A stretch of DNA of 52,643 bases from an uncultured Candidatus Bathyarchaeia archaeon (GCA_964350175.1 CAYGJP010000001.1:3147-55789); one strand, 5' to 3'; positions 10,370 to 21,331 are shown, counted from the first letter of the stretch. The notes: generated by a model from the sequence alone, not told the origin. Numbers and translations are program-made.

Positions 10370-10729
10370 GTGGCTCTGTCACTCATATCCAAACTTAAAA
10401 CAGAAAAACCTCTCTCACTCGCAACCCTGGCATTCTACGGCTTAGCCGGACTAATCCTCCTCATCATGTTGCCCCTGAGCGGTTTTCCACCACACATAGG
10501 CTTACTCGGAATAACCAGCCTCATAGCCGCATACGGATTGCTCACCAAACGTTTCTGGACAAGCTGGCTCATAGTCGCCTTATTCTTCGTGGTCACCGCC
10601 TCAGCAATATACACGTTGTACTATGTCATAGCCACTGATGTGCTAGCAAGCGCAGCCATGATTGCATACCTTGTTCTAACATGGTTTTTCACAGTTTACG
10701 CCATGTCCAACCGAAAAACAGCCGAATAA
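10370..10729 (+). CDS. small integral membrane protein (4 predicted TM helices)
   Basis: Track ORF, hydrophobic throughout, with no recognisable family. Confidence 0.5.
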   Translation: MALSLISKLKTEKPLSLATLAFYGLAGLILLIMLPLSGFPPHIGLLGITSLIAAYGLLTKRFWTSWLIVALFFVVTASAIYTLYYVIATDVLASAAMIAYLVLTWFFTVYAMSNRKTAE

Positions 10730-10744
10730 ACCTAAACTCCCCCT

Positions 10745-11986
10745 TTACAGGGTTTCTTTGAAAAGCCAAACCGTAACTTTTTCGTCAACATCAACAAACT
10801 GCTGGTTCTCAGGAATCTCCACAAACCCATCAGCCTTCGCCAAAGTTGTTATGGCTCCCGAAGCTCCAGTTTCCACAGGCTCAGCAACCAACCGCTTCAA
10901 CTCATCCCGATTCAGCTTGACGGTGACAAAGGTTCGCCTGCCCTTAGCCGAAAACATCCTTTTCCCAGCATAAGCCTCAACAGACCCCATTTCCCTCGGA
11001 GTTTTGCCCGCCATAACCTGAATAACAGGACGAGCAAGCAAATGAAACGTCAACAACGCCGAAGTTGGATGCCCTGGAAACGAGAAAATAGGTTTCTCTC
11101 CGATTAACCCCAATGTGACAGGTTTGCCGGGCTTCAGGGCGATTCCTGAGAAAATCAAACCAGGCGCACCCAAAGAACCCACCGTAGCTGGCACAATGTC
11201 TTTTGGACCTACAGAAACTCCGCCTGAAGTCAGCACCATGTCAGCCGAAGCCAACGCCTGCTCCAAAGCTTTTTGCAACTCCGCTTTCTCATCAGGCACC
11301 ACTCCAGCATAAACTGGTTTTCCCCCGCTCTCACGAACAGCAATGCTCAAACTGTACGCGTTAATGTCGTAGATTTTTCCAGGCGGCAACTCACATCCAG
11401 GCTCAGTGACTTCGCCACCTGTAGAAAGAACAGCAACCGTGGGAACCTTGTAAACTTGAATTTTCGATTTGCCCAAAGCAGCCAAAACGCCAATTTCCCG
11501 AGACCCCAAAGTCTGCCCTGCTTTGAGGATAATTTCGCCGTTTTTTATGTCCGACCCCTTCTTCTGGACATTCTCGTTTTTCGTAACCGAACTGTAAACA
11601 AGAACTTCACTGTCTTGACGGTGTGTATCTTCAACCATGACGACTGCATCTGCACCTTCAGGAACAGGTGCGCCAGTGACGATTTCTGCAGCTTCACCCT
11701 TTGCCACAGCTACCTTGGGGAGTTCTCCGATGGGCACGTTGCCGCAGACTCTGAGTTTTACAGGCTGGTTTTCTTCTGCGCCATAGGTGTCTTCAGCCTT
11801 CACCGCAAAACCATCAACCGTTGACCTGTTGAACGGCGGAATATCCAAAGTGGAAATTGCATCTTCCGCAAGAACACGATCATAAGCCTCTAAAAGGGGA
11901 ATCTCTTCCACGCCTAAAGGTTTCAAATTAAGATGTTGTTCTATAGCTTTTTTTGCCTCGTCGTAAGTGAGCAGTTTCCTAAACAT
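10745..11986 (-). CDS. moeA: molybdopterin molybdenumtransferase MoeA
   Basis: 'PPFNRSTVDGFAV', 'TSGGVSVGPKD', 'KPGKP' and 'FPGHPTSAL'. Confidence 0.9.
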   Translation of the reverse strand: MFRKLLTYDEAKKAIEQHLNLKPLGVEEIPLLEAYDRVLAEDAISTLDIPPFNRSTVDGFAVKAEDTYGAEENQPVKLRVCGNVPIGELPKVAVAKGEAAEIVTGAPVPEGADAVVMVEDTHRQDSEVLVYSSVTKNENVQKKGSDIKNGEIILKAGQTLGSREIGVLAALGKSKIQVYKVPTVAVLSTGGEVTEPGCELPPGKIYDINAYSLSIAVRESGGKPVYAGVVPDEKAELQKALEQALASADMVLTSGGVSVGPKDIVPATVGSLGAPGLIFSGIALKPGKPVTLGLIGEKPIFSFPGHPTSALLTFHLLARPVIQVMAGKTPREMGSVEAYAGKRMFSAKGRRTFVTVKLNRDELKRLVAEPVETGASGAITTLAKADGFVEIPENQQFVDVDEKVTVWLFKETL

Positions 11987-13238
11987 TCAGGTTCCCCGAA
12001 TCCACATCCGCAAAGAGGTGGACAGTCACGGTTTCGCCCTCACCCAAACCTTCACGATTCTCTGGGACAATGACGTATCCGTTGGCTTTGGTCATGGTGG
12101 AGATTGTTCCTGAACCTTTCGCGCTCACTGGGTCAGCGGCGAAATCATCATTCTTCTGGAAAACCCGTACCCGAACAAAATTCTTCCTACCCAACGCCGT
12201 GGCAACTTTCCGCGTCATGGTGGCTTTCACTGTGGGTCTTGTTTCCTCTTTTTGCAATCCAAGCATCTTGCAGATAAGTGGTCTGGCAAAAATCTCAAAA
12301 CCAGTAATTGCCGCAACAGGGTTACCTGAAAGAATCATAACCGGTTTACCTTCCAACATGCCCAAAGCAGTCGGCATGGCAGGTCGAATAGCGATGCCGT
12401 GGACGATTACGCCTGGTTCGCCTGTCTTGTTCACAGCTTCAGGCACAAGGTCTAATCCGCCAACGCTGGTTCCGCCTGTGGTTATAACTGCATCAGCGAT
12501 TTTTAGGGCAATTTGGATTTTCTCCACAATCTCTTCCACGTTGTCCTTTGCCAAACCCAAGTCCAGCGGTTCAGCGTCAAGTTCACTGCACATGCCAAAC
12601 AGCATCACCCTGTTGGATTCGTAGATTTGCTTCTCGTTGCGTTCGGTGCCTGCTGTGGCAAGCTCGTTCCCCGTGGCTATAATGGCGATTTTTGGCTTTT
12701 CAACAACCTTAACTTCGGTGCTGCCCAGTGCCGACAGCATTGCTAAATGGTAAGGTTTTAGCCTTGTTCCCTGTTTTACAGCGGTTTCGCCTTTTTTCAC
12801 GTCTTCGCCTCTACGGGAAATGTTATCGCATGGTGCCACCTGAACAGAGATTTCTATTTTTTCCTCTTTCTTCTGAGTATGCTCAAGCATGACTACAGCG
12901 TTTGCGCCCTTCGGGATGGGCTGTCCAGTCCAGACCTGTTTGGCATATCTTGGTCCGTTATCAGGCAATTCTTCTGCGTCAATTAACCTGAAAAGCAACG
13001 GTTTAGGTTGCGATGCCATATTGGTGTCTTCAGACCTGACAGCAAATCCGTCAACTGCCGATCTGTCAAATCTGGGCAAGTCCTCTGTGGCGACTATGTC
13101 TTCAGTTAAAACTCGGTTAAACGCTTCCGTTAGCGGGATGGTGACTTCTCTGCATCTTTGAATTTGCAGGGCGCTAAACCACGTTTGTAAAGCTTCATAT
13201 GTGAATGTTAATTTTTGGAAACCCTTCAGTTTAGACAA
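11979..13238 (-). CDS. moeA: MoeA paralogue (tandem, 8-nt overlap with downstream moeA)
   Basis: 'PRFDRSAVDGFAV', 'TTGGTSVGGLD' and 'LSGNPVAA'. Same domain order as the neighbouring gene. Confidence 0.9.
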   Translation of the reverse strand: MSKLKGFQKLTFTYEALQTWFSALQIQRCREVTIPLTEAFNRVLTEDIVATEDLPRFDRSAVDGFAVRSEDTNMASQPKPLLFRLIDAEELPDNGPRYAKQVWTGQPIPKGANAVVMLEHTQKKEEKIEISVQVAPCDNISRRGEDVKKGETAVKQGTRLKPYHLAMLSALGSTEVKVVEKPKIAIIATGNELATAGTERNEKQIYESNRVMLFGMCSELDAEPLDLGLAKDNVEEIVEKIQIALKIADAVITTGGTSVGGLDLVPEAVNKTGEPGVIVHGIAIRPAMPTALGMLEGKPVMILSGNPVAAITGFEIFARPLICKMLGLQKEETRPTVKATMTRKVATALGRKNFVRVRVFQKNDDFAADPVSAKGSGTISTMTKANGYVIVPENREGLGEGETVTVHLFADVDSGNLNV

Positions 13239-13381
13239 AACAGCTCACACACAAGAGCATTTACCCGTTCTCACATAAAAAGCATATCGAAAAATACTCC
13301 CCTCTTTTTTGCTCCGAAACGCCTATACCCCCTTATTTCAAGGCAGAATAGCCTTAAAAATGAAGGGCTCAAGTGGTTTGT

Positions 13382-14266
13382 TTAACAGCTTACTTGTTTG
13401 GCCACTTGGAAATGTCTTTTTAATGCAGTTGCGCTTTCGGCGATTCCGAACAGAGAGTGACATTCGATGGTTAAGGGTAATTTTGAGATTCGATTTCCCA
13501 TCGCGTGGAAAAGTCTGCCGAAATCTATGTTGCCTTCGCCAACTGGCAAATGTTCATCCTTGTCCCCGTAGTTGTCATGCAAATGCACATGCGCAATGCG
13601 TTTGTTGAACGTTTTGAAGTATTCTTCGGGTTTTCCAAACGTGTTGGCGTGCCCCACATCTAACGTCATTTTGCAGCCCACCGCTTCTAGGATAACTTGG
13701 ATTTGTTTCTTGGTTCCTGCCAGAGTGGGATCTTCTGTTTTGCAGTCGTTTTCTATGGTGAAAACCATGCCTAAGTCGTTGCAGCGTTCGTTGATGATTT
13801 TGAGGGATTTCATGGCTTTCTGCGTAGCCTTGGCGGCAAATTTTCTCGGGTAGTCTTTGGATAAACGTCCCACGTGAGAAACCACAAGAGACGCATTTAT
13901 TTTTGCAGCAAACTCCATTGCCTCCAACATGGCATTTTCCGAAGCTTTCTGCAGGGTAGGGTTCAAGCTTGACATGCAAACGTCGATGATGGGGGCATGA
14001 ACGCAACGCCTAAAGTTGTATTGGTTTAGCAGTTGTTTGATTTCCAGCGTTTTGTTTTCATCTTTGAAAGCTGATAAGAATTCCGTGGAATCCAATCTGA
14101 GGTCAAGGGTATCTGCCTCTATTTTTTGTGCAAAGTCTAAAAACTCGGGGAATGTTAATGGAAGGGTTGGATGCATAGCTAAACCTAAAATCAATTTACC
14201 GTTCACCTTTTTTGATGCTGAACATTTGGAGATAAAGAGATATTGGGGGAAACATTTTGTCACCAT
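13382..14266 (-). CDS. sugar phosphate isomerase/epimerase (xylose-isomerase-like TIM barrel)
   Basis: 'AHVHLHDNYGDKDEHLPVGEGNIDF' and 'LTIE' metal-ligand pattern. The start codon is uncertain. Confidence 0.7.
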   Translation of the reverse strand: MVTKCFPQYLFISKCSASKKVNGKLILGLAMHPTLPLTFPEFLDFAQKIEADTLDLRLDSTEFLSAFKDENKTLEIKQLLNQYNFRRCVHAPIIDVCMSSLNPTLQKASENAMLEAMEFAAKINASLVVSHVGRLSKDYPRKFAAKATQKAMKSLKIINERCNDLGMVFTIENDCKTEDPTLAGTKKQIQVILEAVGCKMTLDVGHANTFGKPEEYFKTFNKRIAHVHLHDNYGDKDEHLPVGEGNIDFGRLFHAMGNRISKLPLTIECHSLFGIAESATALKRHFQVAKQVSC

Positions 14267-14322
14267 TTAGAAGCTGCATGGTGTTTATTTTTAACAAAAA
14301 GGAAAAGGTTTGAAGGCGCAGT

Positions 14323-15399
14323 TTAGTTTGCGCGCTTACCTTGGATATATTCTTCCACCCACTGCATGGCTGTATAGTCAGCAACTTGGATTGGTGGATG
14401 CTTGAAGGCGTACGAAGAGATGCTGTTCAATGGTCCTCCAATTTTTCTGTCAAGGGCTATTTTGGCTGCTCTGATGACATCAATGACCATTCCTGCGCTG
14501 TTAGGCGAATCCTGAACCGACAACCTGACATCGATTGACAATGGTTGGTCACCAAATTTCTTGCCATTTAAACGGATATAGCAGACTTTTTCATCTCCCA
14601 AATGACTAATATAGCCACTTGGTCCCGCCCAAGCATCTGCCTCATACGGTATGAGGCTTTTAACAGCCATGGTTTTGCTGATTTTCTTATTCGTGAGCCT
14701 TGCCGGGTCAGTCATGTTTAAGAAATCAGTGTTTCCGCCAACGTTTAGCTGGTACGTGTTGTCAACTTTCACGCCTCTTTGAATGAAAAGTTCCGTTAAA
14801 ACTCGGTGCACGATGGTGGCTCCAAGTTGGCTTTTAACATCGTCTCCAGCTACCGGTATTCCCTTCGCTTCAAATGCCTTGGCCCATTCAGGGTCCGAAG
14901 CTATGAACTCTGGAATGCCGTTAACAAAGGCGCAACCTGCATCTAAACAACTTTGAGCAAGAATTCTCGACGCTGCCGCGCTGCCTACGGGGAGAAAATT
15001 AACCAGCACGTCTGCCTTGGTGTCGATTAGAACCTTGGTTACGTCTGCAGCCTCTTTTGCTTCAGGATCGTAGGTTTCAAATGGCTTTCTCATGTGTGCG
15101 GCTACACCATCACTTATGGGGGATGGGAAAACCACGGCGTCCTGCTTGGGGACATCTGCGAATTTGGCGCAGCAGTTTGGCTGCATCCAGATTGCCTCAG
15201 ATAAATCTTTACCGATTTTGTGCCTGTTCACGTCGAATCCGGCGACAAACTTCACGTCTTTTACATGATAGTTGCCGAATTTCACATGCATAAGTCCAGA
15301 CACTTTAGCGTCAACTGCTGCATCTTTGTAGTATTCAACACCCTGGATAAGTGCAGATGCGCAGTTTCCTATTCCAGCAATTGCTACACGGATTGACAT
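14323..15399 (-). CDS. myo-inositol-1-phosphate synthase (short archaeal/bacterial form)
   Basis: 'MSIRVAIAGIGNCASALIQGVEYY' Rossmann N-terminus. I chose the ATG at 15399, which is preceded by GAGGT, rather than the track start 15450. Confidence 0.85.
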   Translation of the reverse strand: MSIRVAIAGIGNCASALIQGVEYYKDAAVDAKVSGLMHVKFGNYHVKDVKFVAGFDVNRHKIGKDLSEAIWMQPNCCAKFADVPKQDAVVFPSPISDGVAAHMRKPFETYDPEAKEAADVTKVLIDTKADVLVNFLPVGSAAASRILAQSCLDAGCAFVNGIPEFIASDPEWAKAFEAKGIPVAGDDVKSQLGATIVHRVLTELFIQRGVKVDNTYQLNVGGNTDFLNMTDPARLTNKKISKTMAVKSLIPYEADAWAGPSGYISHLGDEKVCYIRLNGKKFGDQPLSIDVRLSVQDSPNSAGMVIDVIRAAKIALDRKIGGPLNSISSYAFKHPPIQVADYTAMQWVEEYIQGKRAN

Positions 15400-15486
15400 T
15401 TTTTTTACCTCAAAACATAATAAAACTTTTCGGCAATAATTATTACACATAACTTATAAATATTACCATTTTGCGATTATAAACGA

Positions 15487-15699
15487 CTATTTAACTATGC
15501 TAATAACTAAACTTGAAAACTTTGCGGAATTGCTAAAAAACCCATCAAATTTACTACAACCGTTCGAATTAAACTGCCCCACAATAATGAGCCACTGCTC
15601 AATATTTGCGTAAGTTATTCCAACAAAATCAGCGACTTCACGCAGGTATGGAGTGGGTATAAAGTTGGGAAAGGAAGGTTTAAATAAATACTGACTCAT
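15487..15699 (-). CDS. hypothetical small protein, possible HTH
   Basis: Track ORF in an AT-rich spacer. 'LREVADFVGITYANIEQWL' is HTH-like, but support is weak. Confidence 0.25.
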   Translation of the reverse strand: MSQYLFKPSFPNFIPTPYLREVADFVGITYANIEQWLIIVGQFNSNGCSKFDGFFSNSAKFSSLVISIVK

Positions 15700-15737
15700 T
15701 TCGTATATGCTTCAAGCTAAACGGAAGAAAAAATAGC

Positions 15738-16226
15738 ATGTCAGCTCAGGAATTTCGTCACATAGTTCGTATATTGGGTTCAGACTCAGCAGGTACGCTG
15801 AAGGTTTCTTACGCAGTAACAAAAATTAAAGGTGTCAGCCTCAGCCTCTCCAACGCCATACTAAAGAAGGCTGGAGTAAACCCTGACTTGCGAGCAGGTT
15901 TCATCACAGAGGCAGACATCCAAAAAATCGAAGACGTCATAAAAGACCCAGTAAAATACAATTTACCAGTATGGCTTTTCAACCGCAGAAAGGATTCAGA
16001 ATCCGGAAAAGACATGCACCTCATAACTGCAGACCTTGTTTTGAGGACAAAAACTGATATTGACCAAGCCAAAGAAATCCGGTCATGGCGCGGATACCGT
16101 CACGCTTATGGCCTGAAAGTTCGCGGACAAAGAACTAAAACCACCGGACGCGCAGGCAAAGCTTTGGGCGTAAAGAAGAAGACGCTAATGGGTAAACCTA
16201 GCGCGCCAGCTGAAGGAGGCAAGTAA
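15738..16226 (+). CDS. rps13: 30S ribosomal protein S13 (uS13)
   Basis: 'RILGSD...' N-terminus and 'IRSWRGYRHAYGLKVRGQRTKTTGR'. Confidence 0.95.
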   Translation: MSAQEFRHIVRILGSDSAGTLKVSYAVTKIKGVSLSLSNAILKKAGVNPDLRAGFITEADIQKIEDVIKDPVKYNLPVWLFNRRKDSESGKDMHLITADLVLRTKTDIDQAKEIRSWRGYRHAYGLKVRGQRTKTTGRAGKALGVKKKTLMGKPSAPAEGGK

Positions 16227-16228
16227 AC

Positions 16229-16816
16229 ATGGGTGATCCAAAAAGGCAACGTAGAAAATTTGATACTCCACGTTTCCCATGGCGCAAAGACGTTCTGCAA
16301 GAAGAACTGAAACTTCTTGGCACTTTTGGCTTGAGAAACAAACATGAACTTTGGCGCCACGAAACCATGCTCTCAAAGTTCAGAGGCATCGCACGTTCAC
16401 TAATCGGCAAAGCACCTGAAGACCGCATGAAAATGGAAAACGAGCTTCTCACAAAACTCAAGAAACTTGCTGTTCTGCAGGAAACCGCAGTCTTAGACAA
16501 CATCTTAGACTTATCCATTGAAGACATTCTTGAACGGAGGCTACAAACCATAGTTTTCCGCAAGAGCCTAACCAAAACCGTTTACCAAGCAAGGCAACTA
16601 ATTACACACGGCCACATCACCATAGGCAACCGCAGAGTCACCATTCCTGGCTACATAGTTTCACGAGAAGAAGAAAAACTCATCAATTACGCTCCTCAAA
16701 GCCAACTAAATAATGCGGCACACCCAACACGCGTAGCCATGACTGTCATGGTTAAGCCACGGGAAATTATTCAGCCTAGAGACAGAAGAAGAGGCGGAAG
16801 AGGCGGTAGATTTTGA
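16229..16816 (+). CDS. rps4: 30S ribosomal protein S4 (uS4)
   Basis: '[18 protein letters not shown]' archaeal S4 N-terminus plus an S4 RNA-binding domain. Confidence 0.95.
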   Translation: MGDPKRQRRKFDTPRFPWRKDVLQEELKLLGTFGLRNKHELWRHETMLSKFRGIARSLIGKAPEDRMKMENELLTKLKKLAVLQETAVLDNILDLSIEDILERRLQTIVFRKSLTKTVYQARQLITHGHITIGNRRVTIPGYIVSREEEKLINYAPQSQLNNAAHPTRVAMTVMVKPREIIQPRDRRRGGRGGRF

Positions 16817-17214
16817 GCAGTAGCAAACGAACTGAAAAATGGGGCGTTGTCCACGTCTTCAGCTCCTACAACAACACGATTATTCACATAACTGACATCT
16901 CAGGTGCAGAAACCATAGCCCGCACAAGCGGCGGCATGTATGTAAAAGCAGACCGCATGGAATCATCACCATACGCAGCCATGCGCGCAGCCACAGGCGC
17001 AGCAGAAGTAGCACGCGACAAAGGCATCACAGCCATACACATCAAAGTCCGCGCACCAGGCGGTGCAGGTCCACGAACACCCGGACCAGGCGCACAAGCA
17101 GCCATTAGAGCTCTCGCAAGATTCGGCTTCCGTATTGAACGCATAGAAGAAGTTACGCCTATTCCACACGACGGTACAAGAAGACCAGGTGGTAGAAGAG
17201 GCCGACGCGTATAG
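16813..17214 (+). CDS. rps11: 30S ribosomal protein S11 (uS11)
   Basis: '[20 protein letters not shown]' and a C-terminal '[17 protein letters not shown]'. Confidence 0.95.
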   Translation: MSSSKRTEKWGVVHVFSSYNNTIIHITDISGAETIARTSGGMYVKADRMESSPYAAMRAATGAAEVARDKGITAIHIKVRAPGGAGPRTPGPGAQAAIRALARFGFRIERIEEVTPIPHDGTRRPGGRRGRRV

Positions 17215-17316
17215 TCGCTTCACTTTCCCCTTTATTAACAGAAAAATTGAAATAATGCCCTCATCTGTTATTGAACGCACAGCTTTGTTATAGTCATTTG
17301 TGGAGTGTCCAAATAA

Positions 17317-18132
17317 GTGAAAATAGAAGTCCTCGAAAAAGACGAGACAAACCTTCGGATAGTCGTCAAAGACGCAGAGATTCCCTTAATGAACGCTCTG
17401 CGCAGGATAGCGCTCGCTGAAGTGCCCAGCATGGCCATCGATGAAGTGGTCATGATAGAGAACTCGTCAATTCTGCAGGATGAGATGATAGCTCACCGGC
17501 TTGGACTTGTCCCGTTGAAAACAGATTTGGACAGCTACAACCTCCCTGAAGATTGCGAATGCAAAAGTGAGTTCGGCTGCGCCCTATGCCGCGTCACATT
17601 AACATTTAACGCCGAGTCAAATGAGGGAACCCGAGTGGTTTACTCTGGCGAAATGGTCTCAGAAAACCCTGACATAGTTCCAGTTGCCGAGAAAGTGCCA
17701 ATTGTAAAACTAGCTAAGGGACAAAAACTGAAACTCGAAGCCTACGCTAGGCTTGGAAAAGGAAAAACCCACGCCAAATGGCAACCCGTTTGCGTGTGCG
17801 CATACAAGTATTACCCAAAAATTGAGGTCCCGACCAAAGCCTGCGAGGACTGCGCAAAATGCGTGGACATCTGCCCCAAGAAAGTACTCGCCATGAAGGG
17901 CAGCAAAGTTGAAGTTCGCGACCTTTTGGCTTGCAATCTCTGCATGGACTGCGTGGAAACTTGCCCGCAAAAAGACAAAGGCATAAAGGTCGAGTGGGAA
18001 AAGGACGCATTCATCATGAACCTTGAATCAAACGGTGGGCTTCCTCCGGGAAGAATATTGCAGGAAGCAACCAAGATACTCAATAAACAACTAAAAGAGT
18101 TTGAAAAACAGCTAAAGGTGGCAGAAAAGTGA
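17317..18132 (+). CDS. rpoD: DNA-directed RNA polymerase subunit D (Rpo3) with ferredoxin-like Cys clusters
   Basis: 'NALRRIALAEVPSMAID', plus 'CEDCAKCVDICP' and 'CNLCMDCVETCP'. It sits in the canonical operon position. Confidence 0.9.
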   Translation: MKIEVLEKDETNLRIVVKDAEIPLMNALRRIALAEVPSMAIDEVVMIENSSILQDEMIAHRLGLVPLKTDLDSYNLPEDCECKSEFGCALCRVTLTFNAESNEGTRVVYSGEMVSENPDIVPVAEKVPIVKLAKGQKLKLEAYARLGKGKTHAKWQPVCVCAYKYYPKIEVPTKACEDCAKCVDICPKKVLAMKGSKVEVRDLLACNLCMDCVETCPQKDKGIKVEWEKDAFIMNLESNGGLPPGRILQEATKILNKQLKEFEKQLKVAEK

Positions 18133-18491
18133 GAGAAACCAAAACCACAAACCCTGAAATCATACAGCTTATCAAATATCTCAAAAAGCAAAGCAAAGCG
18201 CAAGAAGCAGGTATCTGGCTGGACGTAGCTGAATACCTCTCTAAACCCAGCAGACAACGCTTAGCCGTGAACCTGAGCAGAATAAACAGGCACACTGAGA
18301 AAAACTCTACAGTAGTGGTTCCTGGAAAAATCTTGGCAACAGGAACGCTGGACCACGCAGTCACAGTGGCGGCGTTTTCTATTTCTGAGAAGGCAAAAGA
18401 GAAGTTAGCAGCCGCAAAGGCAAAATACCTCTCCATAAGTGAACTTGTGGAGCAGAATCCTAAAGGCTCTAACGTTAAGATAATTGGGTGA
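18129..18491 (+). CDS. rpl18e: 50S ribosomal protein L18e
   Basis: 'TNPEIIQLIKYLKK' and its operon position. Confidence 0.85.
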   Translation: MRETKTTNPEIIQLIKYLKKQSKAQEAGIWLDVAEYLSKPSRQRLAVNLSRINRHTEKNSTVVVPGKILATGTLDHAVTVAAFSISEKAKEKLAAAKAKYLSISELVEQNPKGSNVKIIG

Positions 18492-18940
18492 AAAAGATGC
18501 AAGCAGCAAAAACCTCAGCAGCTGTCGTAAACGCCGAAGGACTAATCCTAGGCCGAATGTGCAGCAAAATCGCCAAACGAATACTGAACGGCGAAGAAAT
18601 CATCATAGTTAACGCAGAAAAAATCGTGATTTCAGGAAAGAAAAAGAGCAAAGTGGCAGAAGCCAAAGAGTTCCTTGAAGTCGGCGCTCCCGAAAGAGGA
18701 CCCTTCCACTCCAGACGCCCTGACCGCATAGTCCGCAAAACCGTCAGAGGCATGGTTCCGTGGAAGCAGCCAAAAGGCAAAGTTGCCTACAAACGGCTGA
18801 AGGTTTTCATGGGAATACCTAAAGAGCTCAAAGGCATGAAAATGGAAACTGTTGACCAAGCAAAAGCGACAAAGCTCAAAGGTCCCCATTTCACACTTGA
18901 AGAATTAGCCGTAGAAGTAGGATGGAATAAAGGTGCATAA
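18488..18940 (+). CDS. rpl13: 50S ribosomal protein L13 (uL13)
   Basis: 'AEGLILGRMCSKIAKRILNGEEIIIVNAEK'. Confidence 0.9.
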   Translation: MKKMQAAKTSAAVVNAEGLILGRMCSKIAKRILNGEEIIIVNAEKIVISGKKKSKVAEAKEFLEVGAPERGPFHSRRPDRIVRKTVRGMVPWKQPKGKVAYKRLKVFMGIPKELKGMKMETVDQAKATKLKGPHFTLEELAVEVGWNKGA

Positions 18941-18942
18941 TT

Positions 18943-19353
18943 ATGCCAGGCAAAAAAGTACTCGTTGTTAGTGGAAAACGCAAAACCGCTACAGCCCGCG
19001 CCGTCATCAAACAAGGCGTCGGGAAAGTGCGCATAAACAAAACTCCAGTTGAAATCATCGAACCCGACATTGCACGTGAGAAAATTATGGAACCCCTCCT
19101 GCAAGCTGGAGACGCCACTTGGAAACAAGTAGATATGGACGTGAAAACCCAAGGCGGCGGCTATATGGGTCAAGCAGAAGCAGCCCGCACAGCAATCGCC
19201 AATGCATTGCTAAAATGGACTAAGAGTTCGCATTTACGCACAGTCTTCACCGAATACGACCGAACCATGGTTGCCGGAGACGCAAGAAGCAAAGAATCAA
19301 AGAAATTCGGTGGTCCAGGCGCAAGAGCCAAAGAGCAGAAGAGCTACAGATAG
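18943..19353 (+). CDS. rps9: 30S ribosomal protein S9 (uS9)
   Basis: '[12 protein letters not shown]' and a C-terminal '[17 protein letters not shown]'. Confidence 0.95.
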   Translation: MPGKKVLVVSGKRKTATARAVIKQGVGKVRINKTPVEIIEPDIAREKIMEPLLQAGDATWKQVDMDVKTQGGGYMGQAEAARTAIANALLKWTKSSHLRTVFTEYDRTMVAGDARSKESKKFGGPGARAKEQKSYR

Positions 19354-19367
19354 GAGAAAACACGCAA

Positions 19368-19595
19368 ATGATTATACCCGTGAGATGCTTCACCTGCGGC
19401 AAACTGATAGGCGACCGATGGGAAGAGTTTGCCAGAAGGATTCGAACGGGCGAAAACGCCAAAGACGTACTAGACAGCTTAGGCGTAAAACGATACTGCT
19501 GTAGACGAATGCTGCTCTCCAACGTCGAAATCATCGACGAAATTCTGCGGTTCTACGAAGAAGCAGAGAAGAGAAAAGAAGCTCGAAACTTCTGA
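19368..19595 (+). CDS. rpoN: RNA polymerase subunit N (Rpo10)
   Basis: '[12 protein letters not shown]...RYCCRRML' zinc motif. Confidence 0.9.
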   Translation: MIIPVRCFTCGKLIGDRWEEFARRIRTGENAKDVLDSLGVKRYCCRRMLLSNVEIIDEILRFYEEAEKRKEARNF

Positions 19596-19817
19596 TAAAC
19601 CTCTTCCACCCCCCATAAAACTCTTCCTTTACTTTTTAACTACCGCAGTTATCAAAAGTTTTCAAACTGAAACTTTATAACCAAAAAAAATGACCTGTTA
19701 TTGTTCTAGAAACTACGCTGTGTTAAGGTTGGCGTCTCCTGATATGTTTCATAAATCGTAATATAAGTTAAATGCTTTTAAGGATAATCTGCATTAACAA
19801 AGATAAAAACAAGTGAG

Positions 19818-20174
19818 TTGATAAAACAAATGAAGAAAAGTGGAGAAGAGGAGAAGGTTAAGCAAATATTAACAGATTCCAAGCTTTCAGCCATTAAGGC
19901 GATGCTTGAGAAGGACCACGCCATCGACTGTCTTTTGCTGCTTCACATCAACCGAGGCAAGTGGAAGGAAGCGAAGGATTTCATGCGGGAAAACAAGCTG
20001 ACGTTAAGCGACGGCACTTTCAGGTCAAGGATGATTGAGATTGAGTCACTGGGCTTGGCGAAGAGCGAACGCATTGACCCGTTGAAGAAGTATTACTTGC
20101 AGACTGAGTTTGGCAAAAAAGTCGCGAAGCTTCTTCTTGGCTTTTTCGATGAACTCGAAAATAATGCCCCATAG
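19818..20174 (+). CDS. hypothetical winged-helix-like protein
   Basis: Track ORF. 'FRSRMIEIESLGLAKSERI' resembles a wHTH recognition helix plus wing. Confidence 0.45.
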   Translation: MIKQMKKSGEEEKVKQILTDSKLSAIKAMLEKDHAIDCLLLLHINRGKWKEAKDFMRENKLTLSDGTFRSRMIEIESLGLAKSERIDPLKKYYLQTEFGKKVAKLLLGFFDELENNAP

Positions 20175-20355
20175 TGTATAACTGTTGTACACTTCTTTTT
20201 TCGCGGCTCGGTAGAGGCAGTTCCAACGGTTTTTTTCTTTTTTCTTGTAGTTGTGTTCTACAAATAGTCAGTACGGTGTCGTAAGTAACAAGATTTAAAT
20301 GGGTTTGTGTTTTCCTAACATAGTCGGCAATACCAAAAGGAGGTATATTTAGAAA

Positions 20356-20799
20356 ATGAATAAATCTTTGAGGAAATTGTGGAAGAATGCGCGGGCTTTG
20401 AGTCCTGTTGTTGCGTCGATTATTTTGATTGCTGTGACTGTTGCGGTTAGTGTTGCTGTTGCTGCTTGGATGGGTGGAATGACTGTTGGTTTCATGGGGT
20501 CAACATCTGTTACAATAACAAATGTGCAATTCAATGGCGGTTCTGCAGTAAACGACAACATGATAGATCTTACATTGAAAAACACTGGAACTAAATCAGT
20601 AGTTATAGCGCAAGCAAAAGTAAACAATGCCGTCTTTACAATTACTTCTACATCGTTAGATCCTGGGGACGCAGACGTTGCTTTATCGATTGTCATGGGC
20701 ACTACTCCATGGGTTGATGGAAACCCATACAAAGTTGACCTCTTCGACTCAAGCGGACAAGTAGTCTCATCATACCAAGCGAACGCGCCAGGCGCATAA
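20356..20799 (+). CDS. archaeal type IV pilin-like protein (class III signal peptide)
   Basis: Basic N-terminus, then 'ARALSPVVASIILIAVTVAVSVAVAAW'. AAGGAGG lies 8 nt upstream of the ATG. Confidence 0.7.
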   Translation: MNKSLRKLWKNARALSPVVASIILIAVTVAVSVAVAAWMGGMTVGFMGSTSVTITNVQFNGGSAVNDNMIDLTLKNTGTKSVVIAQAKVNNAVFTITSTSLDPGDADVALSIVMGTTPWVDGNPYKVDLFDSSGQVVSSYQANAPGA

Positions 20800-20905
20800 C
20801 CCACAATCTTTAACATAAAAAAATCTGAAGGGCAGGGTGAAAAAACAATTCACTCTCATCTTCCCTTTCTCTTATTTCATCCTTAGAAGGATGGTTTGAA
20901 AAATC

Positions 20906-21331
20906 ATGGTAGTTGAAATAAAAGAGTACGCCTCAGCCGAAGAACTAGCCGACCGCCTAGACAAACAAATCGGCGACACAAAAAGCACCCTAGGCGAATA
21001 CCTACGCCGACTAGACGACATCCGCACCCTAGCGGAGAAATCCAAGAAAATCCGTGAAGTCGTCCTTAAACTTGCAGGCAAAAAAGCCTCCAACGAAACC
21101 ATGGGCGAAATCACCGTCGGCAGCCTAAACATAGTCCTAGACGCTAACCCCTTCCACGAGTTAACCGCCATCGAGCAGGTTGTGCGCAGCTTCCAAGAAC
21201 GCTTACTCGTCTTGCAGAAGGCTCGTGAAGCCCTCAAGTGGCTTGACCAAATCGGCGACACTGAAGGTCTCAAGTATCTGGTCGTGGAGAGCGAGGGCGT
21301 CCCTGAACGTATCCTGTTCAAAATTTACTAG
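20906..21331 (+). CDS. hypothetical coiled-coil protein
   Basis: Track ORF with heptad-like charged sequence, co-oriented with the pilin cluster. Confidence 0.5.
   Translation: MVVEIKEYASAEELADRLDKQIGDTKSTLGEYLRRLDDIRTLAEKSKKIREVVLKLAGKKASNETMGEITVGSLNIVLDANPFHELTAIEQVVRSFQERLLVLQKAREALKWLDQIGDTEGLKYLVVESEGVPERILFKIY

Noticed and set aside
9711-12746. Long antisense ORFs inside agmatinase and both moeA genes (170, 143, 183, 184 aa)
   Set aside because: No motifs and biased composition. The opposite strand encodes well-recognised enzymes.
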